Shown in pieces: positions 1-13,399 of a stretch of DNA of 64,000 nucleotides; within the stretch, counting starts at the first letter, position 1, and each line of letters begins with the position of its first letter. This DNA is from Octopus vulgaris (Eukaryota). The DNA is taken from the NCBI GenBank assembly GCA_951406725.2, contig OX597831.1, positions 41,230,001 through 41,294,000 on the forward strand, in the 5' to 3' direction. The position numbers and the translations under genes were made by a program. The notes below the pieces were generated by a model. It saw only the letters and a list, made by a program, of their open reading frames with translations, had not been told where the DNA came from and did not search any database.

Positions 1-151
1 AAAATCTACTTGAGTCTATTTTATCAATGTATGTACCTGTGACGCTTTGTGAGGACATATATATATATGTGAAATTATTTTGTGTATTTGTATATTGGTG
101 AAAAATATCAATGGTTTATTTCATTTTAACCTCAGCGTTTAATCTCTTTAT

Positions 152-201
152 ATGTTTAAGCCGTTGTTTCGACATTGTGTGTCATCTTCAGTGCTTAGCA
201 T
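152..201 (-). ncRNA. Degenerate type I hammerhead-like motif
   Basis: Minus strand reads atgctaagca-CTGAAGA-tgac-acacaat-gtc-GAAA-caacg-gcttaaacat. Core and stem II are present; stem III and the cleavage triplet are imperfect. Confidence 0.35.
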
Positions 202-328
202 TTCAGAAAATGCTGTGACTGTATCAAATAATCATACTATATTCGGCAAGATGTGATGAAAATATAGAAGCAGAAACAAAGTGCCATTGTCAACAAGTGA
301 ACGATATTTTGACATCTCCTGTTTAGGG

Positions 329-492
329 TATTTCGTTCGTCTTTATGTTGAGTTCAAATAACACCGAGGTCGACTTTGCATTTCATCCTTTCGGGATCGA
401 TAAAATAAGTATCAGTTGAGTATTGGAGTCGATGTGATCGACTTAAACCTTGCCCAAAATTTCAGGCCTTGTGCTTACAGTCGAAAGCATTA
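329..492 (+). mobile_element. tRNA-derived SINE family A, partial
   Basis: B-box-like GAGTTCAAAT followed by gaggtcgactttgcatttcatcctttcgggatcgataaaataagta, the same core as the copies at 2860, 19960 and 50140-52745. Confidence 0.75.
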
Positions 493-499
493 TTTTTTT

Positions 500-804
500 T
501 TCTTTCTTCAAATTTTCTTCCGTTTCTCGCCGAGTGGTTTCCGTACACCTAGGGCAGAGAAACTCATTGTATGCATTCCCAGATTACACACGACAATTCA
601 CAGGTAAAATATGTATTTAAAAAAATAAATAAATAAATAAATTCATGATGGACGTTGTCTTCACAGCGATAATGCTCTTCTCAGTACATGAGTCGTTCCA
701 GTTAACACGATTTTTTGCAGTTCCTGTAGGGATGGTAAGCTTGGTATCATTTTCAAATAGGTTTCAGTGCCTTTTTTTATTATTCCTAGAGATCCTACAA
801 TCAC

Positions 805-807
<3 letters not shown>
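500..807 (-). mobile_element. 3' end of an R4/Dong-like (restriction-like endonuclease) non-LTR retrotransposon
   Basis: 807->661 translates as TVIVGSLGIIKKGTETYLKMIPSLPSLQELQKIVLTGTTHVLRRALSL*, the typical C-terminus of RLE-type LINEs (VIVGxLG...LQKxVLxGTxxxLR). It abuts a (TAA)n tract. Confidence 0.75.
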
Positions 808-871
<64 letters not shown>

Positions 872-1425
872 GAGTGAGAGAGCAGTGCATGCCATCAAAG
901 TGACACTGGGGTAAAATATACGAAGCCCAGTATACCCATCATGAATACCCGTCTGATAAGGGTACACCAGGCACATGTATCACAATCATATGTGCGCGAC
1001 ATGGTGATCTCATATCAAGATAAACAGCGCATAACCTTGCAGGTGGGGCCCAGTTAGAATTTTCTTCTGGTCGAGTAGCCCATCCCGCTCAAAAGGTCCC
1101 TGAATAAGGATTGTTTAAGGATGTTGAACGAAACACCCATGTTTCCAGAGGTGAATTATTCAAACTCCAAAGAATCCCTCTTAGCACATGGCTATGATAC
1201 TTCCACACTACTTCTGCTCGTGATCAGAGATGCACATATCGTCAGCTACTAAGGGACATGCTCAACTGGTTATGGTCGAACAACTGACAAACAAATCTGT
1301 GGTATCGAGCAGAATATTTGCTGTAGCCCATGTTTTATACCAAGACAAAACAATGTACATGATAATACTTACAATCAGTTAAGATCAGAAGCCACGAGAG
1401 CTACTGCCTGGTACTGCATTAGGGC
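872..1425 (-). mobile_element. ~550-bp interspersed element inserted in (TTA)n, probably the 3' UTR of a TAA-targeting LINE
   Basis: Complex sequence bounded on both sides by (TTA)n/(CAT)n tracts, with no ORF. The family assignment is inferred from context only. Confidence 0.4.
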
Positions 1426-1438
1426 ATCATCATCATCA

Positions 1439-1488
<50 letters not shown>

Positions 1489-1491
<3 letters not shown>

Positions 1492-1583
1492 TACTTTTAT
1501 TTTTATAACGTGCTTTTACTGCACTACCGAACGCAGCTCTGTATGCCTTGGGTATGTGTATTATTATTATTATCATCATCATC

Positions 1584-1631
<48 letters not shown>

Positions 1632-1700
1632 TAGTTTTATTTTTATAACGTGCTTTCACTGAACTACAGAGCGCAGCTCTGTGTGCCTTGGGTACGTATT
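1489..1700 (-). repeat. Two ~70-bp copies of a truncated retroelement 3' end within (TTA)n
   Basis: cagta(c/g)ttttatttttataacgtgcttt...gcgcagctctgt.tgccttgggta occurs at 1489-1558 and 1629-1698, each following a (TTA)n tract. Confidence 0.6.
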
Positions 1701-1929
1701 GTATTGTTGTTGTTATTGTTGTTGCTGCTGCTGTTATTATTGTTATTATTATGACGACGAGATCACCCCACTAGGTAATATCTCTTGAAATAATGGTATG
1801 CCATCGATAATGTTATTTACATTGGTAAAGATTTCCTCATTGATAATTATCTATATGACATCGTATTTCTCATAATTATATCGATGATGGTTGTTATCGT
1901 GTTCCAAATAATTGAGTAGGGGAAATAGT

Positions 1930-2660
1930 GGCGATGAGGATGACGACGATAAAGATTATCATCATCATCATCATTATCATTATCATCCCGATCATGAAGG
2001 AGGATGATGATAATGATAACGATGGAGAAATATTTTCAGATTTTGGTATTTAAGATCGGTATTCTCGATTTTATTACTATTGCTGTTACTGAAGGTGGCT
2101 GTGGTCGTGCGGAGGGGGGGGGATGAGGAGGAGGGAAAAGAGGAGTTGGAATGGGTAAAGGATGCGGACAGTGGTCGTGGGGATGATGATTCTCATGATG
2201 GCGACGGTGACGGCGGTGGCGGCGGTGATGGTGGTGGTGGTGGTGGTGATGGAGGTGGTGGTAGTGATGGTGGCTGTGATATGTGGTGTTTGTTGTGATG
2301 GTGATGGTACTGATGATGGTAGTGATGCTGGTGATGATGAGGAGGCGGAGAAAGAACAGGAAGAGGAGGAAGATGATGATGATGGTGGTCGTCGTCGTGG
2401 TCATCGTCGTCGTCGTAGTGGGGGATTCTGATGATGATGATGATGAGGAGGAGGAGGAGGAGGTGGAGGATTAGGATGATGACGTTGACAAAGATGATGA
2501 TTACGATGATAGTGATTGTGGATAGCGGCCGCGGTGACGAAGAAGATAATAACATGGAAGATGGCGAAGACGAAGAAGATGACGATGACAACGTTGTTAT
2601 TCTTGTTCTTATTCTTAGTAAAATAAACGTAATCTGAGAACCAACGACAACAACAACAGC
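1930..2660. repeat. Compound (GAT)/(GGT)/(GAG) trinucleotide low-complexity region
   Basis: Visible degenerate triplet repeats. Confidence 0.85.
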
Positions 2661-2851
2661 AGGTGGGTTATCACGAAATAACACCTGTATTGTCATTGAT
2701 TACTTTCATATGTTGCTCACAACCAATAAATATGTCTGTCTTTCTATGTTTGCTATTCCTTTTCCTTGACAATGTTTTTTGTTTGTTTGTTTTTACATTC
2801 GCAGACATACACACACACACATATATACATACATAAGGATGTATATGTATA

Positions 2852-3037
2852 ATCTTTTCAACGCTAGGCACAAGGCCCGAAATCTTGCGGGAGGGGGCAC
2901 AAGACGATTAGATCGACCCCAGTGCGAAAGGATGAAAGGCAAAGTAGATCTCGGCGGAATTTGAACTCAGAACGTAAAGACAGACGAAATACCTATTTCG
3001 TCCGGCGTGCTAACGTTTCTACCAGCTCGCCGCCTTA
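2852..3037 (-). mobile_element. tRNA-derived SINE family A
   Basis: Reverse complement starts taaggcggcgagctggtagaaacgttagcacgccgg and contains the B-box gagttcaaattccgccgag and the family core. Confidence 0.8.
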
Positions 3038-3061
3038 TGGGTATATATAATATATATGACA

Positions 3062-3124
<63 letters not shown>

Positions 3125-4258
3125 GTGTATGCATATATATATGTTCCACTTATCTATTTTTATATGTATATATATATATATATGCATACACACACGCACG
3201 CTCCTGAAAAATGAAGGTCATGGAGCTCTAAAATGTGAGAGTTAAAGCCCTTGTTGGGGGTGGGCGTCTTAATGTCAACCAGAGAAGTTGAATTGTTGTG
3301 AATCTTTTTAACTTGGGTCTTATATCTATTGTTTGAATTTCTTTGAAATAGGAAATATATGTTCACTGGGTTTGTAAAAGAGAGCAAAGCTACAGGAAAC
3401 CAAAAGACGAATGATCACAATAAGCAGTCAGCCTAATCGTTACCACTCCCAATGTAGGATTCCTCACCATCCAGGTGACAGGCACAGCAGTAAGATACAT
3501 TACGAATCTATAGCAATTGGAAGGGCGTGACCCAACTGAAATAAACATTGACAACTGTGTGACGTGAGGGCTAAGGAGAAATGAAAGTGTCACCTCTGGA
3601 GTTAGCAAATGACCACTATACTGATACGTAACTGGACAGAATAAATTTACAATCTATAAATGTCTTTGAATAACCAGTCACTCATCTGGGAAGGCCTTGA
3701 AATCAATGTTACCATCTGGGGACTATGTGTGACTCAGTGACAAGAAAAAGACTGAAAGGAGGTCTGCAATCAAATAACTTTACTCAACACTTTGCAACTG
3801 AATCAGTAGAGGCAAAGATGCCTCTCATTTACTTGACAATTTATGCAGCACATTACAGAATCACAATGTAAGTGTATGTCAAAGCAAACTGTTACACTGT
3901 TGTACCATTGAATTAGAAATAATGCTCAACTGTTCTGCTCGGGTAACCCTACAGCTTCCAAGAGTACAACTGTCTTTGCTTAGATAAAATGACAAAATTG
4001 TGGGTGTTAAATCCCCATGGAGGTGTCTTTCTAACTTGTAAGAAGATGAAATTTTATAATTATTACTTCATTTGTGTCTAATATCTATGGTTAAAATTTC
4101 ATCAACAGCTAAAATATATGAATTGTCATTGGGATTATGGCCCTTATGCATAGAATATAATTTCCAAATTTCATAAAAATCCATTTTGTACTATTGACCT
4201 AGTTTGGGATCCTAAAAGAAATTACTAAAATTTGGGAGTTAAGGCCCCCATTAGGGTG

Positions 4259-4312
<54 letters not shown>

Positions 4313-4384
4313 ATGCATGTATGCATACACATACACACACTCAAAGATAAATTGATAGATACAATTCAGTGGGAAAACAAAAAT

Positions 4385-4735
4385 ATGAGACACTGCCTAG
4401 TGTTTTTTTTTATTTTGATAAGCCTGGTACTTATTCTATCAGTTTCTTCTTGTGAAACCAGTGAATTATGGGGATGTAAATAAACGCACATCAATTGTGA
4501 AGCAGTGATGAGGGAGAACCATAAAGACACACACATAGACTTACATATATGCATATATATATATATATATATATACAACTGATTTCTTTCAGTTTCTGTC
4601 TACAAAATCCATGACAAGGCTTTGGTTGGTCTGAGGCTATAGCAGAAGACACATGCCAAGTTACCACAGTGGGACTGAACTGAGGACCATGTGTTTTGGA
4701 ACCAAGTTTGTTACCACACAGCCACACCTGCACCT
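4385..4735 (-). mobile_element. tRNA-derived SINE family B, diverged
   Basis: Reverse-complement similarity to 5319-5727 (gtggctgtgtggtaa...ttggcatgtgtcttctgctatagc...). Confidence 0.75.
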
Positions 4736-4737
4736 AT

Positions 4738-4954
4738 GTAACACTTTTATTCATAAATAAAACACCTATGAAAGAGCTGTAGTGAACCACAATCTATCTG
4801 TTTTATTTATATATACGTATGTATGTATGTATGTATGTATGTATGTATGTATGTATGTATAGTTAATCCAAACGGGAACAAAGAGAAAACACAACAACGT
4901 GAGGACGTGGAACAAGTATAGTGTTATTGGACGCTCAGGAAAGGAAAGAAAGAA

Positions 4955-4955
<1 letters not shown>
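4738..4955. mobile_element. Two short truncated ends of HHR-bearing elements around a (GTAT)n tract
   Basis: 4738-4810 matches the reverse complement of 40150-40225. 4861-4955 matches the reverse complement of 25400-25492. Confidence 0.6.
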
Positions 4956-5002
<47 letters not shown>

Positions 5003-5084
5003 CATACATACATACATACATACATACATACATACATGCATACATACATACATACATACACATACATACATGCACATCCATATA

Positions 5085-5727
5085 TACATGTGTGTGTGTC
5101 TTTGTATCTGTGTTTGTCACACTGCTTGACAACCAATGCTGGTGTGTTTACGTCAACGTAACTTAGCACTTCGGCAAAAGAGACCGATAGAATAAATATA
5201 ACGCTTTAAAAACATAAGTACTGGGATCGATACATTCGACTGAAAATTCTTCAAAGCAGCCCCCCAGCATGGCCGCAGTTTAATGAATGAAACAAGGAAA
5301 CGATAAAAGAAAATAGATAGGCGCAGGAGTGGCTGTGTGGTAAGTAGCTTGCTAACCAACCACATGGTTCCGGGTTCAGTACCACTGCGTGGCATCTTGG
5401 GCAAGTGTCTTCTGCTATAGCCCCGGGCCGACCAATGCCTTGTGAGTGGATTTGGTAGGCGGAAACTGAAAGAAGCCTGTCGTATATATGTATATATATA
5501 TATATATGTATGTGTGTTTGTGTGTCTGTGTTTGTCCCCCTAGCATTGCCTGACAACCGATGCTGGTGTGTTTACGTCCCCGTCACTTAGCAGTTCGGCA
5601 AAAGAGACCGATAGAATAAGTACTGGGCTTACAAAGAATAAGTTCCGGGGTCGATTTGCTCGACTAAAGGCGGTGCTCCAGCATGGCCGCAGTCAGATGA
5701 CTGAAACAAGTAAAAGAGTAAAAGAGT
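5085..5727 (+). mobile_element. SINE family B: a 3' half (5085-5312) followed by a full copy (5319-5727)
   Basis: Head ggcgcaggagtggctgtgtggtaag with B-box-like gggttcagt, CORE-like ttgggcaagtgtctt, an internal (TA)/(TG) microsatellite, and tail ggcggtgctccagcatggccgcagtc...tgaaacaagtaaaaga. Confidence 0.85.
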
Positions 5728-6126
5728 ATGTAATGGTTTATAAATAATACCATTAAACTTTTTCCAACATCCTGTTTTGTAACAGAATAATTCTGCAAAT
5801 AATATTTCCAGAATTGTCGATTTTAATATGTATTTTGCATCTACATACTGGATTGTGATAATGGAATAAGCAGATGTGTTTCAAGAGGGATAGTACCCTA
5901 CTTACCTATATATGAGTGTCCCAGTTAATTCGATTCGATTTAACGGAACAGCGAGCTCGAGAAATTACGGGCAAGTGGTTGAGCACTCCACTTTATTTTA
6001 AATCGATTAAGTACAAACTATTTATTGTACTCTATTGATTTGAATTAAGATTTTTATAGTATGTGTTTTCTAAATGGTGTGAGTAACATCTTTCTTTATT
6101 GAATTGTTTAATGTTGTTTGTTTTCT

Positions 6127-6187
<61 letters not shown>

Positions 6188-6268
6188 ATAAAAATGGCAA
6201 GACAACAAAAGAATGAAATAGAGAAATTTATCTGTAAATATAGTATGTGACAATTATTCGGTAGCCAT

Positions 6269-6329
6269 GATAAAACTCCGAGTTTCGGATGTCGGGGCGG
6301 AAACCCACGCTGCTATCTCTTCAGTTATC
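6269..6329 (-). ncRNA. Type I hammerhead ribozyme motif in a (TA)n-adjacent insert
   Basis: gataa-CTGAAGA-gat..atcc-GAAA-ct(cgg)ag-TT-ttatc. Stem I gataa/ttatc is perfect, stem III is short, and the site is GUU. Confidence 0.65.
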
Positions 6330-6689
6330 GGGCCATCGAAAAAAATGCTATGAAAATGAGCGTTAAAACAAAGGGAAATTACTGTGTGATTGACCGTTAT
6401 TAAGACAAAAGAGCTATTAGAATGAGCGCTCCCCTTACGTACCGGAAAATATACGAAAATAGACGAAAACCAACGGACAGAAAAGGGAGACAAAAACACG
6501 ATCCAAGGAACATTCGCATCTGACTTTCCCATCAGTTGGTATCCGAGACATCATAGTGATTTCACACTATTTAAACCAAGACCACAGTTATCTAACAGGA
6601 CCACCAGAAAAAAAGAGCTACCGGAAAAAGCTGACGAATGTGTGCTAGGACAGGACAAAATAACGTTATACACAATAGAAAATGATCTG

Positions 6690-6747
<58 letters not shown>

Positions 6748-7094
6748 CGTTTGTTTGTGCGTACATATATAGATATATATTATATCAACCCAGTACTTAC
6801 TTTATCGATCCCAAAATGAGGAAAGACAAGTCAACCTCAATGGAATTCAAACTCAGTACGTAAAGCCGAATGATAATGATGACGAATGATGATGACGATC
6901 ATGATGATAATGATCATTATCATCATAATCATGATGTTAATCATGATGGTGATGTTGCTGATGATGGTTATTGTAGTGTGAGGATGGTGTTGGTATTAGA
7001 GGTAACATTGATGACGCGGTGGCGGACGACGATGAGGATGATGATAGATAAGGCAATATCTGTAAGGAAGAAAAAAAATAATACGACGTTCAAA

Positions 7095-7450
7095 TCTATC
7101 TATATATATATAAAGCTGAAGTTGTCTGTGTATGGCAGGTACGGCAGCCTTCAACTAACACGATCTCCTCCGAGACCCTGCGGCGCAAGTTGACCAGAAT
7201 TGAAAGTATGATAGAAGAAGGTTTGTTAACACCAAAAATTATTTACATCAAAAAGATGCTTTTTTTCTATGTAAATCCCTATTTTTTACGATTTTTTTAC
7301 TGCTGTGTCGACATTTTTCGGTGTATTTCAACCAGAAAAATGTTCACTTAAAGAGAATAACAAGCTACATAACGCAAAAGTTTTACTTTTCAAAAATTCC
7401 AATTCTAAAGGGTAGAAACAAACCCGAGCAACGCTGGCCGATACTGCTAG
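7095..7450 (+). mobile_element. Non-autonomous Helitron
   Basis: 5' a|TCtatc...aaagctgaagttgtctgtg; a 3' GC-rich imperfect hairpin ccgagcaacgctggc is followed by CTAG|t. Confidence 0.65.
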
Positions 7451-8006
7451 TTAGTTATTAAAATTGACATTATAAAGAAGCGCCAGAAACGTGTTCGTCA
7501 TCCGAGCCGTAAAGCTGACAAGTTAGGAGTAGATCCCTGTAAAATTTTGATAGGATTCCAACAGGTATTAGAGAGAGGAAAGTTCCAGAGAACGGCAAAA
7601 CTATGGTCTTTTAATAGTCTTTAAGATCGTCATCTCTACTGAGATGTTTCATAAATGTTGTGATCGAAAAGGAATTAAAAATGAGGATTCTGAAAAGATT
7701 GATGATGTGAGCTTCAAATAATATAATACATGTATAAAATATATTTAGATGAAAAAATACTTCAAAATATAAATATATATATATATATATATGCATATAA
7801 ATCATATATAATATATATATACATACATAGACATACATATACATAGATACACATATACATATACGAATATGTGTCTATATATCTATGTATATATATACGC
7901 ACAAGTGTATATTCTATGGTGGATAACAATGAAAGTTAACTTTCCAATTTTCTTTACCTTCAGCCGACGGGAAATAAATATTGCAATCTTTGTATAGGTG
8001 ATGAGT

Positions 8007-8105
<99 letters not shown>

Positions 8106-8179
8106 GTAATAATAATAATAATAATAATAATGATGATAATGATAATAATTTATCACAATAAGTGATGCAGAATTTTTGT

Positions 8180-8196
8180 GTGTCTGTAGATAGATG

Positions 8197-8272
<76 letters not shown>

Positions 8273-8391
8273 CGCACGTATATTCGCATATATATATATA
8301 TTCATGTCAATATAAATGTGTCTTGTTTCATATAAAAATTATGCCTATATGTGTGCGTGTGTATATGTCTCTATGTATATTATATATATTA

Positions 8392-8438
<47 letters not shown>

Positions 8439-9277
8439 CAAATGTGCAATATGCATATATCATATGTATAAATATAAATATAGATATACATATATATATG
8501 TGTGTGTTTGCATATATGCACCTGTATATGTACACACATATATACACATAGATATGCATAAATATATATATATATATTTGTATGTATATATATAAACATA
8601 TATGTGTGTGTATATATACACATATGTATATAAATATACATACATATACACATGTATACACTTACATACATACGTACATACATACATACATACATGCATA
8701 CATGCATACAACAATCAGATATACATACATACACACATACATACATACATACATACATACATACATACATACATACATACATAAACACATACTTACATGC
8801 ATACATATATACATGCATACAACATGCAGATATACATACATATTCCAATTACGAATTTAGTGGGCTTTTTCTTTTTTTTTTATTAGCTTTTTTTTTTTTT
8901 TGGCATAACCGCCCATCAATTTCCCAAGATGAAATTTGTTGATATCTTTACATTATATTGCGCACCGCACGCTGTATAAACATAATATGTATAATACCAT
9001 ATCATGTATCGACATACAACTATATATAACGATAACTATATGCATATATACATCTACATATCTATATCTATATATATATATATATATAAACATATGTGTG
9101 TATGTGTATTTACATATATCTATGTATATAAGCATATATAATACACACATATATATATGTATATATGTATCTATATATACTTATATACATTTATATATAA
9201 ATATATAGATATATATATATATAAATACATATATGTATATGTGAGAGAGAGAGAGTGTGTGTGTGTGTGTACGTGTG

Positions 9278-9310
<33 letters not shown>

Positions 9311-9517
9311 GTGTGTGTGTTGATGCGTGGTCAGAAAAAAACAGTGTGTATAACGATTTATATCGTTCAACTGTCACTTGAATGTTTATCTATATCTTCT
9401 GCGCTATCAATCTCGGAAGTATGTTGAGCGGAGTTTTTAATTAATCTAACACCTTCGCATACACACACGTACGTACGTACGCGCACACACACACACACAC
9501 ACACATACACACACACA

Positions 9518-9568
<51 letters not shown>

Positions 9569-9838
9569 GTAGAGTCGCAAATATTTGAGCTTATCTGGTT
9601 GCTTACGTACAATCATTTGCGCAAATATACACATAAATATAGACATATGTGTGTGTGTGTGTATACATTCGTACATGTATGTGGATGTGGGTGAGATATG
9701 TATATTATCACAAAAACACACACACAACAGATCATATGTAATCATGAACACACTATGCACACTTGTTCGAGCAAACATGTACAAATCGCATATATATACA
9801 TATACATATTTCTCTGTGTATATATGTGTATTCATGTG

Positions 9839-9884
<46 letters not shown>

Positions 9885-9887
9885 CAT

Positions 9888-9965
<78 letters not shown>

Positions 9966-10124
9966 CCATACATATATATACATCCATACATATATATATA
10001 TATGTATATATACATATATATATATGAACTTAATAAATATTCATACACACATACGTATATATATGCACGTATATAAATGAATATATCGCTATGATATTCA
10101 TGCTTTCCTTCGTTTTGCATGTAT

Positions 10125-10200
<76 letters not shown>
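8180..10200. repeat. Extended compound (TA)n/(CA)n/(CATA)n microsatellite field
   Basis: Directly visible; it generates the YI/HT/CV pseudo-ORFs. Confidence 0.9.
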
Positions 10201-10205
<5 letters not shown>

Positions 10206-10423
10206 ATTTCATACCCAAGCTGTTATATTTAATATGCGTAAGTTGTTTATCCGCATAATTGCCTTCCTATCAGCTCAACTTGATCCCTCTTAGAGCCATT
10301 CTTTATCCGCGGAATTGCTCCCCCGTAAAGACAAGTGCCTTGTATGCCGAGAATCTCTGGATCTCACCTCTTGGCTATATTCTTTTATTCTTTAATTATT
10401 TTATACGTTGAGCAATGCCAGTG

Positions 10424-10465
10424 TGGTTCCTATGCAGGGAATCGAACCCGAGCCGCCTGTCGTGA
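10424..10465 (-). pseudogene. 3' half of a tRNA-Glu-like sequence ending in CCA
   Basis: tcacgacaggcggctcgGGTTCGATTCCctgcataggaaCCA resembles the 3' half of eukaryotic tRNA-Glu (recalled consensus ...tcacccaggcggcccgggttcgactcccggtatgggaa). The 5' half is missing. Confidence 0.5.
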
Positions 10466-10575
10466 CTACCACGAATGTGTGTGTGTGTATGTGTGTGTGT
10501 GTATTTATATACATATATATATATACATATATATACACATACAATATGTGTGTATGTGTGTGCGCGCGCGCGTGT

Positions 10576-10812
10576 GAAGGTGCATGGCTTAGTGGTTAGG
10601 GTGTCTGCACCATGATCGTAAGATTGTGGCTTCGATTCCTGGAACGGGCGACGCGTTGTGTTCTTAAGCAAAACACTTCATTTCACTTTGCTCCAGTCCA
10701 CTCAGCTGGCAAAAATAAGTAACGATGCGATGGACTGACATTCCGTCCAGCTGGGGAACACATACGCCATAGAAACCGGGCCCATGAGCCTGGCTAGGCT
10801 GTAAAAAAGGCC
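10576..10812 (+). mobile_element. tRNA-derived SINE family C
   Basis: A-box TGGCTTAGTGG and B-box GGCTTCGATTCC, then ttgtgttcttaagcaaaacacttcattt. A related head lies at 21238-21345. Confidence 0.7.
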
Positions 10813-10814
10813 GA

Positions 10815-11227
<413 letters not shown>

Positions 11228-11356
11228 AAATAGAAAGATGAATTTTCTTGTAACAGATTATTCAAAGGTTTAACCGATACCTGGGTAGCAAAAATCTTCG
11301 TTCGAATTGTTGTGCCTCTGTTTTGTTTTGTCCTGTCAACGGAATTTCTGTTTTTT

Positions 11357-11436
11357 TTCCTGAAGAGAAAGCCGCAATATGGTACCCTTATTTAAACAGA
11401 ATTTGGAAATTTGTGGCCTTCGAAACATGTGTAGAA
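11357..11436 (+). ncRNA. Type I hammerhead motif with long stem II, in a (TA)n-flanked insert (11222-11496)
   Basis: ttc-CTGAAGA-gaaagccgcaa...ttgtggccttc-GAAA-ca(tg)tg-TA-gaa. The core is canonical. Confidence 0.75.
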
Positions 11437-11491
11437 TGTAATAAAAGGTATTCTGTACAATCTTCGTTCAACTCCATTTATTCCATTCACT

Positions 11492-11589
<98 letters not shown>

Positions 11590-11888
11590 GCATATTCAAA
11601 TGCATTCTTTTTATCCACTGATTACTGGTAGTTCCAGCGACTGTAGCAGGCGATTCCCGTCTGCCAACTATATCAATATAAGTGTTTTTAGTCACCATGC
11701 ATCAATGTAAATAACACCGTATTTGTTGTTCTAGCACAACATCCAATTTTAGTTGGATATTGTGTGTGTGTGTGCGTGTGTGGGGGGAAGTTATTTTCAG
11801 TCATAATAAAAACAATTTTACATTAATCTGACGGGTTGGTCTTTACTTTTATAGGATACGAATTTCTTATTCTTAAACAAGAATATTA

Positions 11889-12276
11889 TTGGAGTAAAGA
11901 TTGTTTGCCAACATAACATCGCAGTCCTGGTTTAGGACGAACGTTGCTGTAACTTAGCCCCAGGAGACATCGTCTCCAGCTAGCTACACGACACGATCTG
12001 CGTCGTATAGCTAGCTGGAGACTATTATACATGTTATGTTTATTCCTGAACAAGGGAACCCAGCACCCCCACTCAGCCCAAAACAATATCTGTGTATCGC
12101 GATTTCAGGGTTATACACAGATATTGTTTTGGGCTGGGTTCCCTTATTCGGGAATATAGGGACACAGATCGTGTCGTATAGCTAGCTGGAGGCGATTTCT
12201 CCTGGGGTTAACTTACAGCAACATTCCTCCTAAACCAGGACTGCCATGTTATGTTGGCAAATAATCTTTACTCCAA
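11889..12276. mobile_element. MITE-like fold-back element (~390 bp)
   Basis: ttggagtaaagattgtttgccaacataacat...atgttatgttggcaaataatctttactccaa. Imperfect inverted symmetry runs over nearly the whole length; no clear TSD. Confidence 0.7.
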
Positions 12277-13086
12277 AGTACTGTTGCTGAATATCTCTCG
12301 TTATGAGATTTACAAATGGTAATTTTCTAAGAATATTATTGATCAGTGACTCCGAAGTTTCCGGTCGGTTAAGCTATCGTCGGGCGATAGCATAAATAGC
12401 TGAAATTTCGAAGTTACTGTCAATAATATTCTTGTTTGAAAATAAAATAGATGTGTGTGTGTGTGTGTATGCGCGCGCGCGTGTTTGTGTGCAGCTTGGC
12501 TTTGAATCATCGTCGTTACCTGCCCTTGAATTAACATGTATGTGGCTGAATATTCCAGATACATATACGATTAACGAAATTCTCAGCTGAATTAGCATGA
12601 CGCAGTGTGTGTCGAGGCTGTTTCCTTTCAATTACAAATACAATTCATTTGACGGGTCTTCTATACTTTCTCCATCAATCTAATTTTACTCACAAGTTAC
12701 GAATCGATGCTCGGTACATTTTATCAGAATTTTTTGACTCAGATCCAGTAAAACATTCCTCTTCAAGTCCTTGTTACATCATCCATGTAAACGAAGCAAT
12801 GACAGACTAGATTTTAATAGTTTAGGGTTCCATTTTGTATAATAACAAAGTCAAACCAAATATTGATATTTTGAATGCATTTAATACATGGGTTTCTGGT
12901 TATTATGCAAAAGAGAAAACTTCTCTTTTACTTACTACCTTCTTACGTTAAAATATTTCAAAATAATATTTTCAAACGTCTAAGAAAATATATAAAAGAT
13001 ATTTTATTCTTTTGGATAAAAAACCTGATACACGTGTATTAAATGCATTCAAAACATTATTATTATTATCATTATTATTATTATTA

Positions 13087-13386
13087 CGGGGAACTTTCCA
13101 GGAATCCCTCGAAACTTTCCAAGAAGTCCTCGGAACTTTCCAGGAAATGCCCATCCCTGGCACTTTCCGGGAAGTCTCTATACTCGGAACTTTCCAGGAA
13201 GTCCCCACCTTAGAGTTTTCCGGGACGTCCTCGGAAATTTCCAGGAAACCCTGTCCTCGGAACTTTCCAGGAAACCCCACCCTCGGGAATTTCCAGTGAA
13301 TCCTCGGAACTTTCCGGGAAGTCCCTATCCTCGGAATTTTCCAAGAAGTCCTTGGAGCTTTCCAGAAAGTCCTCATCCTCGAAACT
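13087..13386. repeat. Degenerate ~21-30-bp minisatellite (ctcggaactttccaggaagtc)
   Basis: About a dozen recurrences of ggaa(c/a)tttcc(a/g)ggaa. Confidence 0.8.
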
Positions 13387-13399
13387 TATATATATATAT

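Noticed and set aside
2036-2696. His/Pro/Asp-rich ORFs
   Set aside because: Trinucleotide repeats open in most frames, with no domain or splice evidence.
3205-4258. 1-kb non-repetitive island as a possible gene
   Set aside because: No ORF with recognisable motifs. It is probably an old transposon remnant but cannot be classified by eye.
7914-10218. Numerous ORFs rich in YI/HT/CV/Y/L (also 15659-16761, 33039-36015, 43149-43649)
   Set aside because: These are translations of stop-free microsatellites, open on both strands and in several frames.
12972-13376. 134-aa repetitive ORF (WKVPRT...)
   Set aside because: Product of the ~21-bp minisatellite.
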